Positions 11,871-26,800 of a DNA stretch of 64,000 bases are shown here, one piece after another; within the stretch, counting starts at the first letter, position 1; each line of letters starts with the position of its first letter. A program made the position numbers and the translations under genes. Source of the DNA: Oopsacas minuta (taxonomy: Eukaryota > Animalia > Porifera); assembly GCA_024704765.1 (NCBI GenBank), contig JAKMXF010000318.1, positions 62,001 to 126,000 of the forward strand, written 5' to 3'. The notes under the pieces are model-generated. The model was given only the letters and a program-made list of their open reading frames with translations, did no database searches and had not been told where the DNA came from.

Positions 11871-14800
11871 ATGTTTGCAATTTTCAATTTAGTTCTTTTC
11901 GTAAGTTTGATACTGCCTTCATTACAGACAGGTAACTTATACGCATATTTCCGAGTGAACAATATTTTCACAACTTTTTATTTACATATAGAGTACATCA
12001 AAGTGAAATGGAGCGATAATGAAGTTTTCCTAACTGAAGGAAGATCAATTGAGTTGAGTGTAGCTACTGTTGATTTATCGCTAACATGCTCTTACCCACC
12101 AGAACAAGTAATTTGGGAAACTCCAAAGGGAGATCGTATTAGCAAAGATGCTAATAATGTTGTTATTATAAGTATATTGAGGCTTGCAGAGAGTGGTAAT
12201 TTTACATGTACGAATAGTGACACTGGAGAATATATTAAGATACGAGTGATTCCTACAGGTTAGTTACTACTAAAACTTTTACAAATTAAGATAATTTCTC
12301 TTAATTAATATTCATGAACTTTGAATATTCAACACGAGTATTTCTTGCAAAAATACCAATTTGCAAATCTCCGGTGTTATATGTCTTCATGAATGTGCAC
12401 TTTTTAGCAAAATATAGATATATACTTTAAGTTCGAAAAGTGTTGCCAAAATCTTGGCATATAGTACGTATGTATGTATCATCAAGTAATTATCGAATGA
12501 GTACTAATTTTTAGGAAGTGGACTATTTGAAATATGCTCTAATAATACCGATGATATTATGCTAACGAATGGTGTATCAGTGATAGAACCAATTGGGAGT
12601 AAAAGAGTGTTTATTTGTCTCAGTTCTGTAAGTACGCCGGATGCTGCTAACTGGTATTTTCCTAACAGATCATTGATAACTAATGTCCTCAAATACTCTG
12701 ATGGTATGGAGCCTGGAATCGCGGTTTTTCACGCTCTCCTTGGGATCGGCGTTCATCAATTGAGATTAAACGGTTACTTCGACGAGACTAATACAGGTCT
12801 TTACCAATGCAGACCTAATGTCACTAATGAAAATATCAAAATACAAAGTGTATACATTTACACTAATGAAACAGGTTTGTAATCGCGATCAATTTTTCGC
12901 GATAATTTTAATTAAATTATATATTTAGGTTACATTAGAGTTACGTACAATCAAAACTCTGTTATTCTAACTACAAACAATTCGCTAGATATACCATTAG
13001 GCACTACTATGATACAATTGTACTGTCCCTTCTACAATGCTACTTGGCTATATCCTGAATCATCTTATATTTATAATAACTACAATTCTTTGGAAGTATC
13101 TGTATTTACGATAGAATCTGCTGGGAATTATCAGTGTATTGGCAATGATACAGTGCAAATTAATATAAACGGTTTTGGTAAGTTTCGTGTAATTTTCTAA
13201 ATATTTTACACATTCAATGAATTATTAAACTTTTAGGTCAAGCTCTTGTTGGAATATCAGATAATTATACAAGGCCTCTGTCTGGTCATGAGAGTTTAAC
13301 TTATTCTGGAGTTGAGCTAGAAATTCTATGTTTGTCATCTGACGACTTGAATTCGCAATATAATGGTTGGCATCATCCTACTATCGGAAGAATAGATACT
13401 CCTATTACTCGGGAAAATGGTAATGTTACTGTGTTAAATAACGGAAGATCTGGTGTATATAAGTTAGTACTTGAGGGAGAACTTTCACTTGAAGACGAGG
13501 GAGTATACACTTGTGGAATAGGAGATGAAAATACTGCAACAAATGATCTCACAGTCGGAATATTCACCGATAACAGTAAGTACCTTTTACCAAATCATAT
13601 GTAAATTTAATATTGAATATTCCACTGTGTATAAAAATCTCAAATTCTGCATTTTATTGAAAAATACACTGAATTCTATGTATAATTGATCCATTGTTCA
13701 AATGCCATACTGTATTTATACTGCACTACAACTACTAGAAATATTGTGTAATACAATCTCTATTGTATTTCTTTGATTTGTAACTTTGCTTTTGAAACTT
13801 CTAAAACTTTTCAATGTCTCTTCTAACTAAATTATTTGCACCTCAAAACGGATATAAAGTTGGGTATGTCTGTTTCTCGATAATCATGGGCTACGCGATT
13901 TATGGATCCTACCAAACTGGTCAAGGGATAAGTAATGCTGTAGAACGTATGAGAACTAAGGAAGGAACTGCTCTCAAGCAAGAATAGTGTAGTTTGTGTG
14001 TATGTGTGGAAATCGCGAATTATCACAGTATTCATTCGTTACATTTGTTATTTGTGTCTAATGTGTATTGTACTAAATAAATCATATGAATAATTCATTA
14101 GTTGACTTATCTTTTACTCAAATAGTTCACATTTTCAGTTTGCAACAATTGCATGATATTTGGGACTTAAATTCAAATTTTACAAATAGCATTCTTGTAG
14201 ATTTCATAACTGTGACTAGCTTTCCTTACGAGTTCCAAGTTTACAACCGACAAACAATTGCATTAGAAACCAACAGACAATCAATAATATTATCATGTAC
14301 ATACAATAATACTGAATGGTTACAACCTCCTGTCTCCTCCAATACTCTCCTCCCTGATGGTAGAATTCTTATAAACGAATTGACGAATAATTCTGAAGGA
14401 GAATACACGTGCAGTAATGCTACAGGAATAGAATATACTACTATCACTATACTACAAGGTTTGTGTAACAAAAACTACTTTTATCTATCAGCTTTTAGTT
14501 AATTTGAAATTTAGGTTCACAACAAATACAAATCTCAGTTGATGGAGTGATTTTCGATGATTCTCTACTAACTATATATCCATGTGCTCACCCGAAGCTT
14601 ATCACATGTTCTATAACGGATAATATACATGATACACACTTGCTATTGTACAGTGCATATTCTCGTGGAGTAATCTCTCATAATGTTAGCTCCGCGGTTC
14701 TTGACACATCAGTGCTACGAGCTACAGACTCTGGAGTATATATCTGTGGTACAGATGTACTAGGATATGCTGTCAGTGTAGAAATACAATTAGACATATT

Positions 14801-17800
14801 ACAAGGTATGTTTATATATGTAAAGGAATTTTTGTGATTTTTTACTTATTTTTAGCAAACTATATATTGTTGGAATATGGCACGAAGAGTCTCCCACTTG
14901 TAAATGGACAGACAGTAAACCTAGACCCCTTAACATCTGCGATTGTTCTCAGCTGTCAAGGTACACTCCCTCACTGGCAAAGCTATCCTACATCAAACAC
15001 AACACAATTGGTCAATGACTCTACCAGCTTATATCTTGATTTATCCAATTCACAAGCAGATGGGGAGTATTTGTGTATAGATAATTCTACTGGAGAAATA
15101 ACTTTAATTTCTATTACAACAGGTAATATTGAGTTGTGTGTATATTATTTGATGGCAATTAATATTAAATTTATTCAGATTACACGGTCGGAATGGAAGT
15201 TACCGAATCTGAACTCCAAATTACGGAATATATACAAATAGAGAATCTTGACACCTCTGTATACGTACAATCAGGAGATTACCCTATCATCCCATATGGT
15301 ACATTAGGTATCAAACTCTCCTGCTCCTTACAAGGTCTCATATCATGGAGATATCAACAGGGTAGTGATGGAGTCTGTTTGATACCAGGGGGTATCTTAA
15401 TCCGCACTATAGATTCATATACTAGAGGAGAATATTCTTGTAGCAACGGTGATAATACAATTTCTATAAGTCTCAATAGTGAGTTTCTACATATGTAATT
15501 TGAATTATTGTCTTTATGATAATATAATATTATGACTGTGTATTTAGATATTATTCAATTAACACAGTTATACACATCACAGATCAGTGCTGGTTATAAT
15601 AGTATTTCTATACCCGTTTTTTCGCGAAATATTACACTATCCTGTGATTCTTCCGATCCAGCTTGGTTGCTTAATTTTACCCTAAACAACTCGACTATAC
15701 GAATTGATAGTAGCGATTATCAATGCAATATTAATGGGATGTTAATTCGAGTTTATGACGGAGTTATATATTTTGACTCGTTTGGTCTTTTTGAGTCTGG
15801 TTACTACACCTGTGACCCTGAGACCTCAAGACAAACTACAGTATATCTGCAGAGCAGCGGTTAGTTGCGTTCAATTGATTTAAATTGTCTTGTATATTCC
15901 TATCTTGTATATTTAAGTTTTCTTATCTTTAGTTCGGATTGATGTTACGCAAGATGGAGTTATACAGACGTTTATTGGGAACGATAATATAACGATACAT
16001 GTTAGCGCAACTGGTATTTTAATCTCTTGTATTACTGGTAGTGATAATGCCGAATTGAGAAGTTTTGGTGTTCCTTCAAATGGCTTGAATATACTCAATG
16101 ACTCTAGTACTGTTATAAATTACTTTTGGAATCGTTCTCCTTACCAATTCTCTTGTTCAGATAGTGTCTATCCCTTGTCTAGTAATGCTACAGTTAATAT
16201 TATTACAGAAGGTTTGTTAAAAGTTTTTGTAGATTTAACATTTTATCGCGTTTAATGGTTCTTTGAATGGCAGCATTGTTTGAATAATTTTCTAGTTATT
16301 CTCACTGGTTATAACGAAGTGCTCGTGACGCCGGTTTCATTTCATTATAAGCGGAATATAAACTAATCTCTTTCTAGCTAACGGGGTAAAGAATCACTTC
16401 ATTATTACTTTAACTTTACAGGTTTAGAACTTTTTGCAAATTTCTCTACTTCTCCTATTAAAATATCTACCAACTCGATTTTACTACAATCGCCTGCAAC
16501 TACACTTTCTCTCACATGTCTATATGGATCTATAAACACTCCACCTATCCTCACATACAGAAATCTATCTAACTACGTAACACCGTTTTCTGCCAACGTA
16601 CAGACTCAAATAAATCTGAACGGTTTGGAAATAAACATAACTGCAAGCTACATCAACTTCACTACTGCAATTGCAAAGAATAGCATTGCTATAAATGGAA
16701 ATTATGCTTGCGTTGGCAGTCAGAATGAACTGATAAATTTCACAGTATACCACGTACAATCAGGTAATTATTTTCAATTCTAACTCATTTACTTGTTATC
16801 ATATTTTATATGTTACTTGTACTTTTAGTTACTCCAAGGATTGTATTTTACCGAAATTTCTCACTCACATCATTGCGTGTTATCAGTTCCCCTCTAAGCG
16901 GAATTAATGATATTTTAGAGTGTAGAGCCGAAATACTTGAGACTACAATTCTGGTTGAAAAAGTTGAATGGTTGTTGAATGGGGTTCCGTTTCTTGATGA
17001 CGTAGGTTCTCTCCTGAACTTGTCATCTTTGCAACCTCAGACTGCTGAATATGAGTGTAGAGCTTATTCCAGATTTTTCAATGTATCCAGAATTATAAGA
17101 GTTACTATACAAGGAGGTATATTCGAGTTATTTTGTATTTATATTATATAATGTTATCTCGTTAACACCAACACCAACGAAAAATACTTTTTAGACTTAT
17201 CCGAAATTTCTTATTAACGCGGTTCCATTATATATTCGAAATTACTTTGCCAACAATTTCCATTGATTTTCGTAGTGACTGATGAACGAAATTTTGTGTT
17301 TTTGGCTCGATTAATTTGAGTTGATTTATTTTAATAATATTTAGTTCCAACTGCCCCAATCAACTTATCTGTCTCAGAGATCACAACTTCTAGTGCAGTT
17401 CTATCCTGGAAGGTGAGGTTATATAAATTCCACATTCAACGAATTAAATATTTGTATACTCATCTAGTTCGCCTCCATTTCTCAAAATACTGGCATTACA
17501 GCTTATCAGATTGAATACACGACAATTCAAAACCCATCTAACACAATATATGCTACAAGCACTTCTATGTCAGTTTTGCTACAAACTTTAAAACCATTCA
17601 CTCAATACAGCGTGAGGGTGAGAGCTAGAAATTTTTACGGATATGGAGACTACTCAGACAATGTTATTTTCCATACTCAACATGCTGGTAATAATCTTAT
17701 AAATATTTATATTTTGATTACAAAACACATTTCCCCCTCTTGGTATCACTCGTAAACATAAAATATTACCTGAAAATTTCAAATTTACATCCGAATGAAA

Positions 17801-20800
17801 TTCCTCAATCAATATTTGTGCAAAATATCATTTGTAATCAATCTGCTATATTCCAGTTAATATTCTTAACTACAATTCTGTAAGTAACTCGCTATTTATA
17901 CTGAATTATTATTGCCTACATTCAATTTCATTATTAGTAGAACTCAGTTAGTACGTACTAGGGTTGAATTACGTACACTCGGTTAGTAGTTGATCGTACG
18001 TGTAGTTTGCTCCAAATCTGGTTATACTAATTGTACAAGAAGAATATTCGGATAAGACGTACTACAGTTAGTACGTGCTATTTTCGTTCCGAGAGGGTAA
18101 TTCTTATCCGAGTTAGACTGTATACATCCTGAAGTTTGTAAATATTCAAATATTCGTATTATGTAATTGCTATTTAGGTCAGATAATCTCAAATTTAACG
18201 AATACTTCCGTCATAATCAGTTTAATCACTCCGATACCATCCGATGCTATAATACAGAGCTATAGGGTAAGCATCTAATAATTTTAATATGCAATAATTC
18301 TATCATTTTTGTATTCACAATATATATTTCTAGATTACAATTTCTGGAGCAAAACTGTATGACCTTGACTACACAGAAACTCGTAATGCTATCTTAGTCA
18401 ATTCATCTGTAACTCAGCTTAAACTTGACGAACTAACTCCTGATACTCTATATACACTTATTATAGTATCTCTCGATAGTATGGGAGTATTTCTTACGAC
18501 CACTTCTGTATCAGTACATACAGAGCCTGGAGGTAAGCCTTATCAGTTGTTGCAAAATCAGTAATGACATATTCATTACATTTTAATTGAGATTGTCTAC
18601 AGGGCAACTTTCACAAACGGGACCTGTGGAAACAGGGAACGGTGTGACAATAAATATAGTGAATTCCTAGTCCATATAAATCGACCTCCATAAACTGGGA
18701 AATAGCCAAACTCGTGAAAACTTAGTAGCATTTTTTCGGCTTCCCTCACCTCTTTTGGATGGAGGTTTCACTGTATTTATAAAAAATGCGATTTAACATC
18801 TCTTGTAGTATTGATCGAGTATATTATATAATTTAGTGCTGAATGTTACCAACCCTGTCATCTGGAGCACTCCTCTTAGAGGTCTCCAATCTATTCTCCT
18901 TAATCTTGAAGGAACTTCTAATAGAAACGCAGAAATCTTGTAAGTTTATTGCTGAGCAAAAATACAAAGAATGTTGTATTTATTATTTTTATCTCTATAG
19001 ATATCATTTACTATTTATGGTTGAAGTACCAGTCAGTTTTGATACAGATTTGTTCGATATAATCGCTTTTCTTACAAACGGAAAATCGCGAAATTCGCGT
19101 GATACCTCAGCACTTAAGAGTGTGATACAACTGTCTATTGTCGCGAATATTTCTACCCAAACCTGCGATTCATTTCCTAACTTCTTACTTATTGGAGATA
19201 ATCGCGGAATTACACCCTGCGACTTTTCACAACTACAAAATCTCACAAATTACACTGACAAAATCCAAACAGATTTCAGTCCCGAATTAGAGTTTAACTA
19301 CAAATATGCTTTCGTGTTAACTGCATCAACAAGAAATGAGGTCAGTTCACGAGTTCAGTAACTCACAGATGTTTCTTTCAAATAAGTCCTTGCAATTTAT
19401 ATATACCTTTTTAGATCATATACTATTCACCTGTATCCGAATTTATAAGTAAGTTCGAATTATATTGCGATATAAATATTACCTATGTGTGGTTACGGTG
19501 AAATATTTTGCCTACTTAATAATCCATTATACCTGTATTGTAAGCTTTTTACATTTATGTTTTTATGATAAAGACCTTGCTTGATTCTATCTAGGCTTAT
19601 TACCTGAGGAAACTGATGGATTTGATTTTGGTATCATATACACTATTGTGGCGGTAGGGATTGTCTTCATACTGTTTCTACTGAGTGTTCTACTTATTTA
19701 TTGTCTAATACGTTTTGGGTAAGTCACTTTTGGAATTTTCAAATATTTGGCCATTTCACTCTACATATATGTCGGTGGCCGATGTTGTCGTGGAGATTTT
19801 TCTATACACTTTTCAGTGTTGGAAAAGGTCATTTTCCTTGATTAGTGAAAGGTCTCGCCGACGATTCATAAGTAAAGCTTTGGCAATTTATGCCCCATTT
19901 ACCTGAAATTTTTGTAGTAGGAAATTGTTTAAGAAACGTCGTTCTCCACCAAAACAAGAAGAATCACAGATGTTAGCTGCAATAGACCTTTCTTTAACTA
20001 CATCAAAAGGGTCTATTGCATTTGTCAATCCTCTTTTCAAAACCCTTGAAGAGCCTAATCGTATTCCTATTTCTTTAGCACCATTTGAGGGTAATGATCC
20101 ATTCTGAAATTCATTCCCCCAATTCATCCTTAAAATGTTGATTTTATCTACAGAGCTTGCGAAGAATACTTTTTGTATTAAGTCAGAATTTGTTATTCAC
20201 ATAGATGAGTTCGGCGAGCATGTTAGAGAACTACATGATAATTTTAATCAAGGGTTTACACAAGAATATAATGTAAGCTGTGTTTGTTTGAATAATGTTC
20301 TCTTAATTGTTATAACCTAAATATTCAGTTTGTATCCAAATTTACCAAATACTATGTACATTCAACTCCTGTTATATTAATCACGGATATATCGAGGTCT
20401 GGAATTGTACAAATATGGTCCCAAACGTAAAGTATCATAATTTCATCAAGTATCTCGACTCCGCTGATATTGAAGTAATTATCCTTTTAGCTTCGATGTA
20501 ACGGGAGTTGACTGTGTTTGAAATAGGAGTTTTGGAGATATTATTCATGATATTTACTTCCTTATACATCCTTATAATTACATTAATATATCTAGCGGCT
20601 ATATGAAAGACGTCAATCAGATGCTATTGTAGCTCAAAAACCCTGTAACAGACATCTGAATAGATTTGTAGATATCTTTCCTTGTGAGTTTATTACTATG
20701 GCTAGTTAGAAATTAGTATTCCCTCAACAAAACATTACATTTTATCATGTTTTGCATACAATAACCCATTTTTGTCTGTAAGTAATTTTTTTAGTTCCAA

Positions 20801-23800
20801 ATTTGTCCAATTAACTTTTCTAATACTTCCTTATACATGTCTAATATTTACATGATTCTGTTGATACTTTTAGACGATGATTCACGAGTTGTGCTTACGC
20901 CAATCTCTGAATCTGACCACGATTATATCAATGCTTCCTTTCTAAATGTAAGTTAGTTATTTTCTGTTAAAGGTATGCTTGATTTGAATAACTGACTAAT
21001 GCGCATAAACTGATGTGGCAATTTTGAGGAATGTATTTTGGGAATTATTGATACGGTTAACTATGATTCTAGGGATATGATAGAGAAAGAAATTACATCG
21101 CAACACAAGGTAAGCATATGCTTCTAGCATAATTACTCCAGGTGGTGAATGACTATGTTTATATCATCTTATTAATTGATCATCTGCAAAGCCTAAACTG
21201 GCCAAGACATCACCTAAATGACCGCTTGGCTCGCCATTGAAATTTACGTGGTTTTCTGTATTTTGAAACGAGACAGTTTTATTTGTTCCTGTGGTTTAAG
21301 AATTCCAATATAGAATTTTGTTTGCGAATCTCTCTGGATTTGTGCAACGAATCAGCACTTTATTACTGCCACATGTAAACAATGTTTTGTTTGATAATTT
21401 TGCTCTCATTTTAATTTGCTGATGATACACAATTGTAAAAGCTAGGAGACGCAAGATTAAAACGTAAAGGCTTGCATTTTCAAATTAGGAATGTTTCTAT
21501 TAAAAGATTAAACACATATAAATTACTATTTTCCCAATTCAAGGCCGTAGCAAGCAGATTTCTGTTGGTTTGGTTGACTTAAACAGAATTTATTGAGCTC
21601 AATGTTGGTCCGGTTGAAACTTGACCAACCGGGCCGTCTTCTATGGCCATGCTAAACATATACCGGTCGTACTCGATTGCAAACAGACCGCTCAAAGCCA
21701 GACAACAAATTTCAATTGTCGCAATAGGAATTTTGAATATAATTATATATGAAAACAGTCACTGAATAATTACTTTTATTTTAGAGCCACATTTAAATTT
21801 TAATTACTTAATACTCACGGTTAACAATGGTATAGCGTTATAGAACTATATTAACTTTGAATACAGTATTCGCCACTAGCTGGTTACAAATTAACAAGCA
21901 TTATTTTGACTTATTTTGCATAATCTCTTTTATGTATATTTGGGCTATGCAGTTGCTTCACGTGTCTTAATCTGTTTTAACTAAGTTCTGATTATTGAAC
22001 AAACCTTTAATCAATCTTAACCATTAATTCAATTTAATATATGTAACCACTCTATGGAGAGACTAAATGCAATGATTTATTCATTATAATTATTTATACT
22101 TTTCAAGCAAATTTGTCTAATTGTTTTTGTAATTAAATGCATAAGCCTTGAGGCAGAACTAATCAACCATCGAACTTCACATGCTTTACACTAAAAATAT
22201 TCAAATCAGTAACTCATTTGTAATTTGTTATGAGTTTCAAACGCCCTCTTGTTAAATATTCATTGTTAATATTTTGTAAAGTAATATTTACTCTCCAGCT
22301 GATCTACTATTACATATTGGTACTTATACACTATAGCGAATTCCAAGTATCGTATGTGGTATATTTATAAATATTATCAACTATGTGTAAAAAACTCATA
22401 CAATATTGTAGTAGTAATTCTTATGATACACGTGCTCTACTTTATATGTTTGATAGTAATTGAACTCGGTTTCAATTTGTAGACTCTTTATGTTCAATAT
22501 CATATAATATTGATTATACTTTCAATTTAGTTTGTCTAAATATACTTTTGTTATGTAACTGTTACTTTCTTATTATTGTTTATTGGTGTGTTTAGCTCCA
22601 TTTATGGACATGATTGTTGATTTCTGGCGTCAATGTTGGGAGTATAATATTGCTGTAATTGCACTGCTAACTGATTCTATTGAAGGAAGAAAGGTAGGTT
22701 GTATTTTCGAATTTACAGTACTTGTACGCGCTGAATTCGGTAATAATTTACTGTACAGACAATTCCCGTTGTATTGAACACGGATACAGCTAAATACCCG
22801 TATATAACTAAACCCCAAATTATACTAATATGGTCCCAAACTGTCTAGGTTAAATACATCCCATCGGTTATATCGAGGTAATTATCGCGGTTCCTTGAGC
22901 TTTGATATAACGAGAGTTGACTGTATTCTTATTCCCAATTTAAACACAAGAAATTACTAAAAGGAAGTTTATTTTAATAGATATATTTGTGCCTTTTAAA
23001 ATACTCCCACGCAACGTTTCTGCACTAAAATGCTATTCTAAACTAGTAATACACACATTATTTATTAATATAGCGTTTCACGCGTGTTAGGAGGTTAATT
23101 ATTAATTTTACAGTTTCCAATTAAATTTCAATAAAACACATATTTTTAAGCAAGCAAAAGCATTATTTCGCAATTATTATTAACATTCCTTTTACCCAGA
23201 ATTATTTTATACTTTCAACAAAAGTTTTTTGAATTTAATAATTAAAGTGTATCAGTCGTTTAGTGAAAGAAGTTCATTTTTATACTTTCCGATTGAATTG
23301 AATATTTATTCTTATTCCCTTATGAAACTAACTATCTTAATTACATACCACAGTAAATTCTTTAAGTCATTTGATTTTCTAAATGTTTCCGCAATCTCGA
23401 GAATATTTTTGGGAATTAATATTATTCTCAGATATAAATTTTTTGATATAGTAATCTCTAGTTAAAACATTTATGAATAGAATTTCAATACAATAATACA
23501 ATTAATATACCGCGATATTTCATACAAATATATGATGGAATCTTTTTGTAATTTTTTAACAATTTTCCTTTCTATTAGACTCGAAACTACTATTATTGGC
23601 CAGAAGACCTTACAACAGAGATATCATTCGGCCCATTTGTAATTAAACTCACAGATATTCTAATAAAGCCTAGCTTCATACGAAGAGCATTATTATTAAA
23701 GGTAAAATTCAGTTTACTATTACTTCGCTTTCCTTGATCGATATTCAGTAAATATTTTATGAAAACTCAGCCACATATACAGTCTGTGTCACACTTTTTT

Positions 23801-26800
23801 AATTATTATCACTACGAATATAATCATTTCTTATCTCTCGAATTATTGCGGTCCCATTAAAGGAAATGATCTTTATATTTTACAAGCATTATCTATAATG
23901 AATATTTATCAATTATATGTCTAGCTTATTAATTACAAAACTAATCTATATTGTTATTCCAAAGAAGTTTGTATACTTGTTACTAATTACTTCTCTTCTA
24001 TCAGACTTGATTATTAGATTAATTTTCAAACTTTTGCGCTACCTTTTAGTTTCTCTTGGAATATCCAAAGTAGTATACGATACAGTATATCTCATATTGA
24101 AAGATATTGTCTTGTGTTTTTAATTAGTTGCTTACATATAGAAATGAAACTAATAGCGGTAATGAAACTTGAAATGGCCTAATCTCAACTGGTAATGGCC
24201 TAATATTGTACACTAGAGACTCGAATCTAGTTCCATTTCTGATTTCTTTGCTGTATATATAAACCAAGTTTTAAAATTAACTATATAGTTAGATCGTTAT
24301 TATTTCAAATTCCTGTTAATTTACTTTCAGTTGTAATAAAATCAAAAGTATTTATAAACAAAATGTCTACCAGTATTGAGAAAAGTCAAATATTCCCTGA
24401 ACAGAAGTTCAATACTGTTGTCACCTGTTCGAATAGTGTTGATACCTCTTCACTCCTTCCAATTGTAATGTCTCAACCAAATGCACAACCAGAGCCTGTT
24501 TGCATCGTAATTACAGACCCGAATCAACCGAAACAATACTCTAATTCGATCCTCTCCGTTCCAAACGTGATTTCCTACTCCAACCCTATCATCCCGAATT
24601 TGTACTACCTTGGACAAGATATTCCAAATATTGTGCCTGCTACGCCTCCAGGTACAGAGTCCAATATTTCTGTTGTTACACCTACTAAGACGGAAATACC
24701 TCTTGTCAATAATCATGGCTTCTTCCCAATACCTTTATCGCAACCTCAACTTGCAAAGAAACCTCTATTATCGAGTTCGAATATTGAAAATCACCATTCC
24801 AGCACTTCGTCTTGTGAAACAATTAGCGAAAAAACTCTTTCTGGAAACGATCAAGGCTATAAAATACTAGATAAAAGGCTTAGAGTGATGGAAGGACTCA
24901 TGAAGCAATCTATTAAATTACAGAAGAGAACATTGAGACACCAAGAGCGAATGGAAAAAATTATACAGCATTGTATGAAGGCTAAGTATGAAGAACAAAC
25001 TGTTGCTTCCGGTACCAATCGAATGGTACATTTCCAGCGATACTTGAATGATGCGCAACCTCCTCCGTTATTTCGTTATTCTAGCCATCCTGAGAATATC
25101 GTAGTGCCTGTTATTGAGAGTTCATCTCCGAGTGATTCTCCTACTCTGTACTTTGAACCCCAGAAGGAAGACTCGATCTCTCCTAACCTCACGATTGATA
25201 TGAGCTTAATGGAAGCGGCGGAACATAAATCACCGCATAAATACCACTCACATAGCTGTTCAATGTACAACAAGTCAATTCGTGATTTCAATGATGTTGA
25301 AACGATTCAGTGGTTAGATCGTATTCTCACTATTCTTGGGCTTGGAGTAACAGTGGAAAAAATTCAAGAAGTTTTATCACAGACAAACACGATCACTCAC
25401 TTTACTGCTGAGTTTCAAAAAGTTGTTTTCTCAAACCATGAACGGAAAACTCTAACTACAAGTGGGAAATTCCGTAAACGGAAGTTGGAAAGGATTGTGC
25501 TCGGGCCGCTAGATGGGAGTAAGCTCCAGGGCATAATACAGCTGAGTTTGTATTTGTTCGGTGTTGCTGAGAGAGATGAAGATAGAGTGAAGTACCAACT
25601 CAAACAAGCGATTGATGAAAAAAATCGCAGGGAATTTTATCGTGAAGATCGTGGGACTAAAAGGGTACACTTGTCATCAATTCCTAACTAAAATTGAATG
25701 AATAGAATACTAATGTAATCACTAAAATAATATTTTCTCTTGTTTTTCCATTTCTACAGCCTTTGCGGTTGTGACTTCCAACGTTCTTATTTGTTTTACC
25801 TTCTCTAGTTTGCTTTATGTATTTTCAGTAATCTCTTTACAATTATGTAAATACAAATTGTTTGTCAAATTGTTGATTCGCAATGAATATTCTCTAATAA
25901 TTATTCCTAAAATTATAATTAATTATTTAAAATATATTATTCCGGAAAATGACAAGTTTATTAATCTCTAATGAATTCTAAATAAATTGTTTTATTGTGT
26001 TAATCGTGTTTTTCCCTTTTCTTTAGAACATACTTTTTCCCAATGAAACACGGCGAATTAATCAATTCCATTACATTTCTTGGCCAGACACTAGTATGCC
26101 AGAGATCAGTTCTTTTCTGAACTTCCATACAATTGTGAGCTCTTTCTATAAATCTCAAAAGCAGAGCGGTCCTTTACTGGTTCATTGCAGGTTTGTGGAA
26201 TTTCTATTTTCTCTTTGCGACCGCGATTGCTCTATCCGATCAGGACTTATTCACTATAGGCATTCCGCTTTTGCCATGCGGATATTATTAAATGTACAGT
26301 GGTGTTCGCCTATTAGCAATATTTGTCAAGTTTTTTCATGGATTTAGAGTCCATTTTGTGTTGGAAATAATTCCTCAAATAACAAGTTCGCGTATTAGCA
26401 AGGAATTCGTGATAATATGACTTGCTGATAGGTGGACTCTTGAGATAAGGACTGGAAATCTTGTATCCTCAATCGTAAATTGTAGCAGGCTTCTACTTTG
26501 ATCTCATAGATATAAAAATTCGGTCCCAATTCACCCAGCGAATAAATCCTTTCTAATAACTTCGTTTGATGTATAATTATCAAATTCCTGTTTACAAATA
26601 TTTTCTGTATTTTGTTGGAGCTCATCCTAGTCACAAATATGGCCTTCCACATGCTGGGAAAATATATTGTCTAATTGTACATTAATTCTTGCGAGAAGAT
26701 GTTTCTAAATATGGTGAATATATTAGGTTTGAAGGTTAAAGTATTACTGAATTCGATGATAGGTCATTATATACAATTGATAAAATGAGTTTTACTCAGG

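Noticed and set aside
17950-18122. Nested inverted repeats (tcggataaga/tcttatccga; acgtacta/tagtacgt) ending gactg|ta
   Set aside because: Probably a MITE relic, but no left TIR could be defined.
18603-18660. Apparent small receptor exon (GQLSQTGPVETGNG) after ctacag
   Set aside because: Lies inside a family-B MITE, and the flanking exons (ending 18531, starting 18838) join in frame without it.
21150-21290. Possible minus-strand terminal exon GTNKTVSF...HLGDVLASLGFADDQLIR
   Set aside because: No partner exons or homology recognised; may be a decayed insertion.
23229-24123. Short hydrophobic AT-rich ORFs (23229-23465, 23917-24123; also 25771-25971 and 57077-57328)
   Set aside because: I/L/F/Y/K-rich composition expected from random AT-rich intron sequence.
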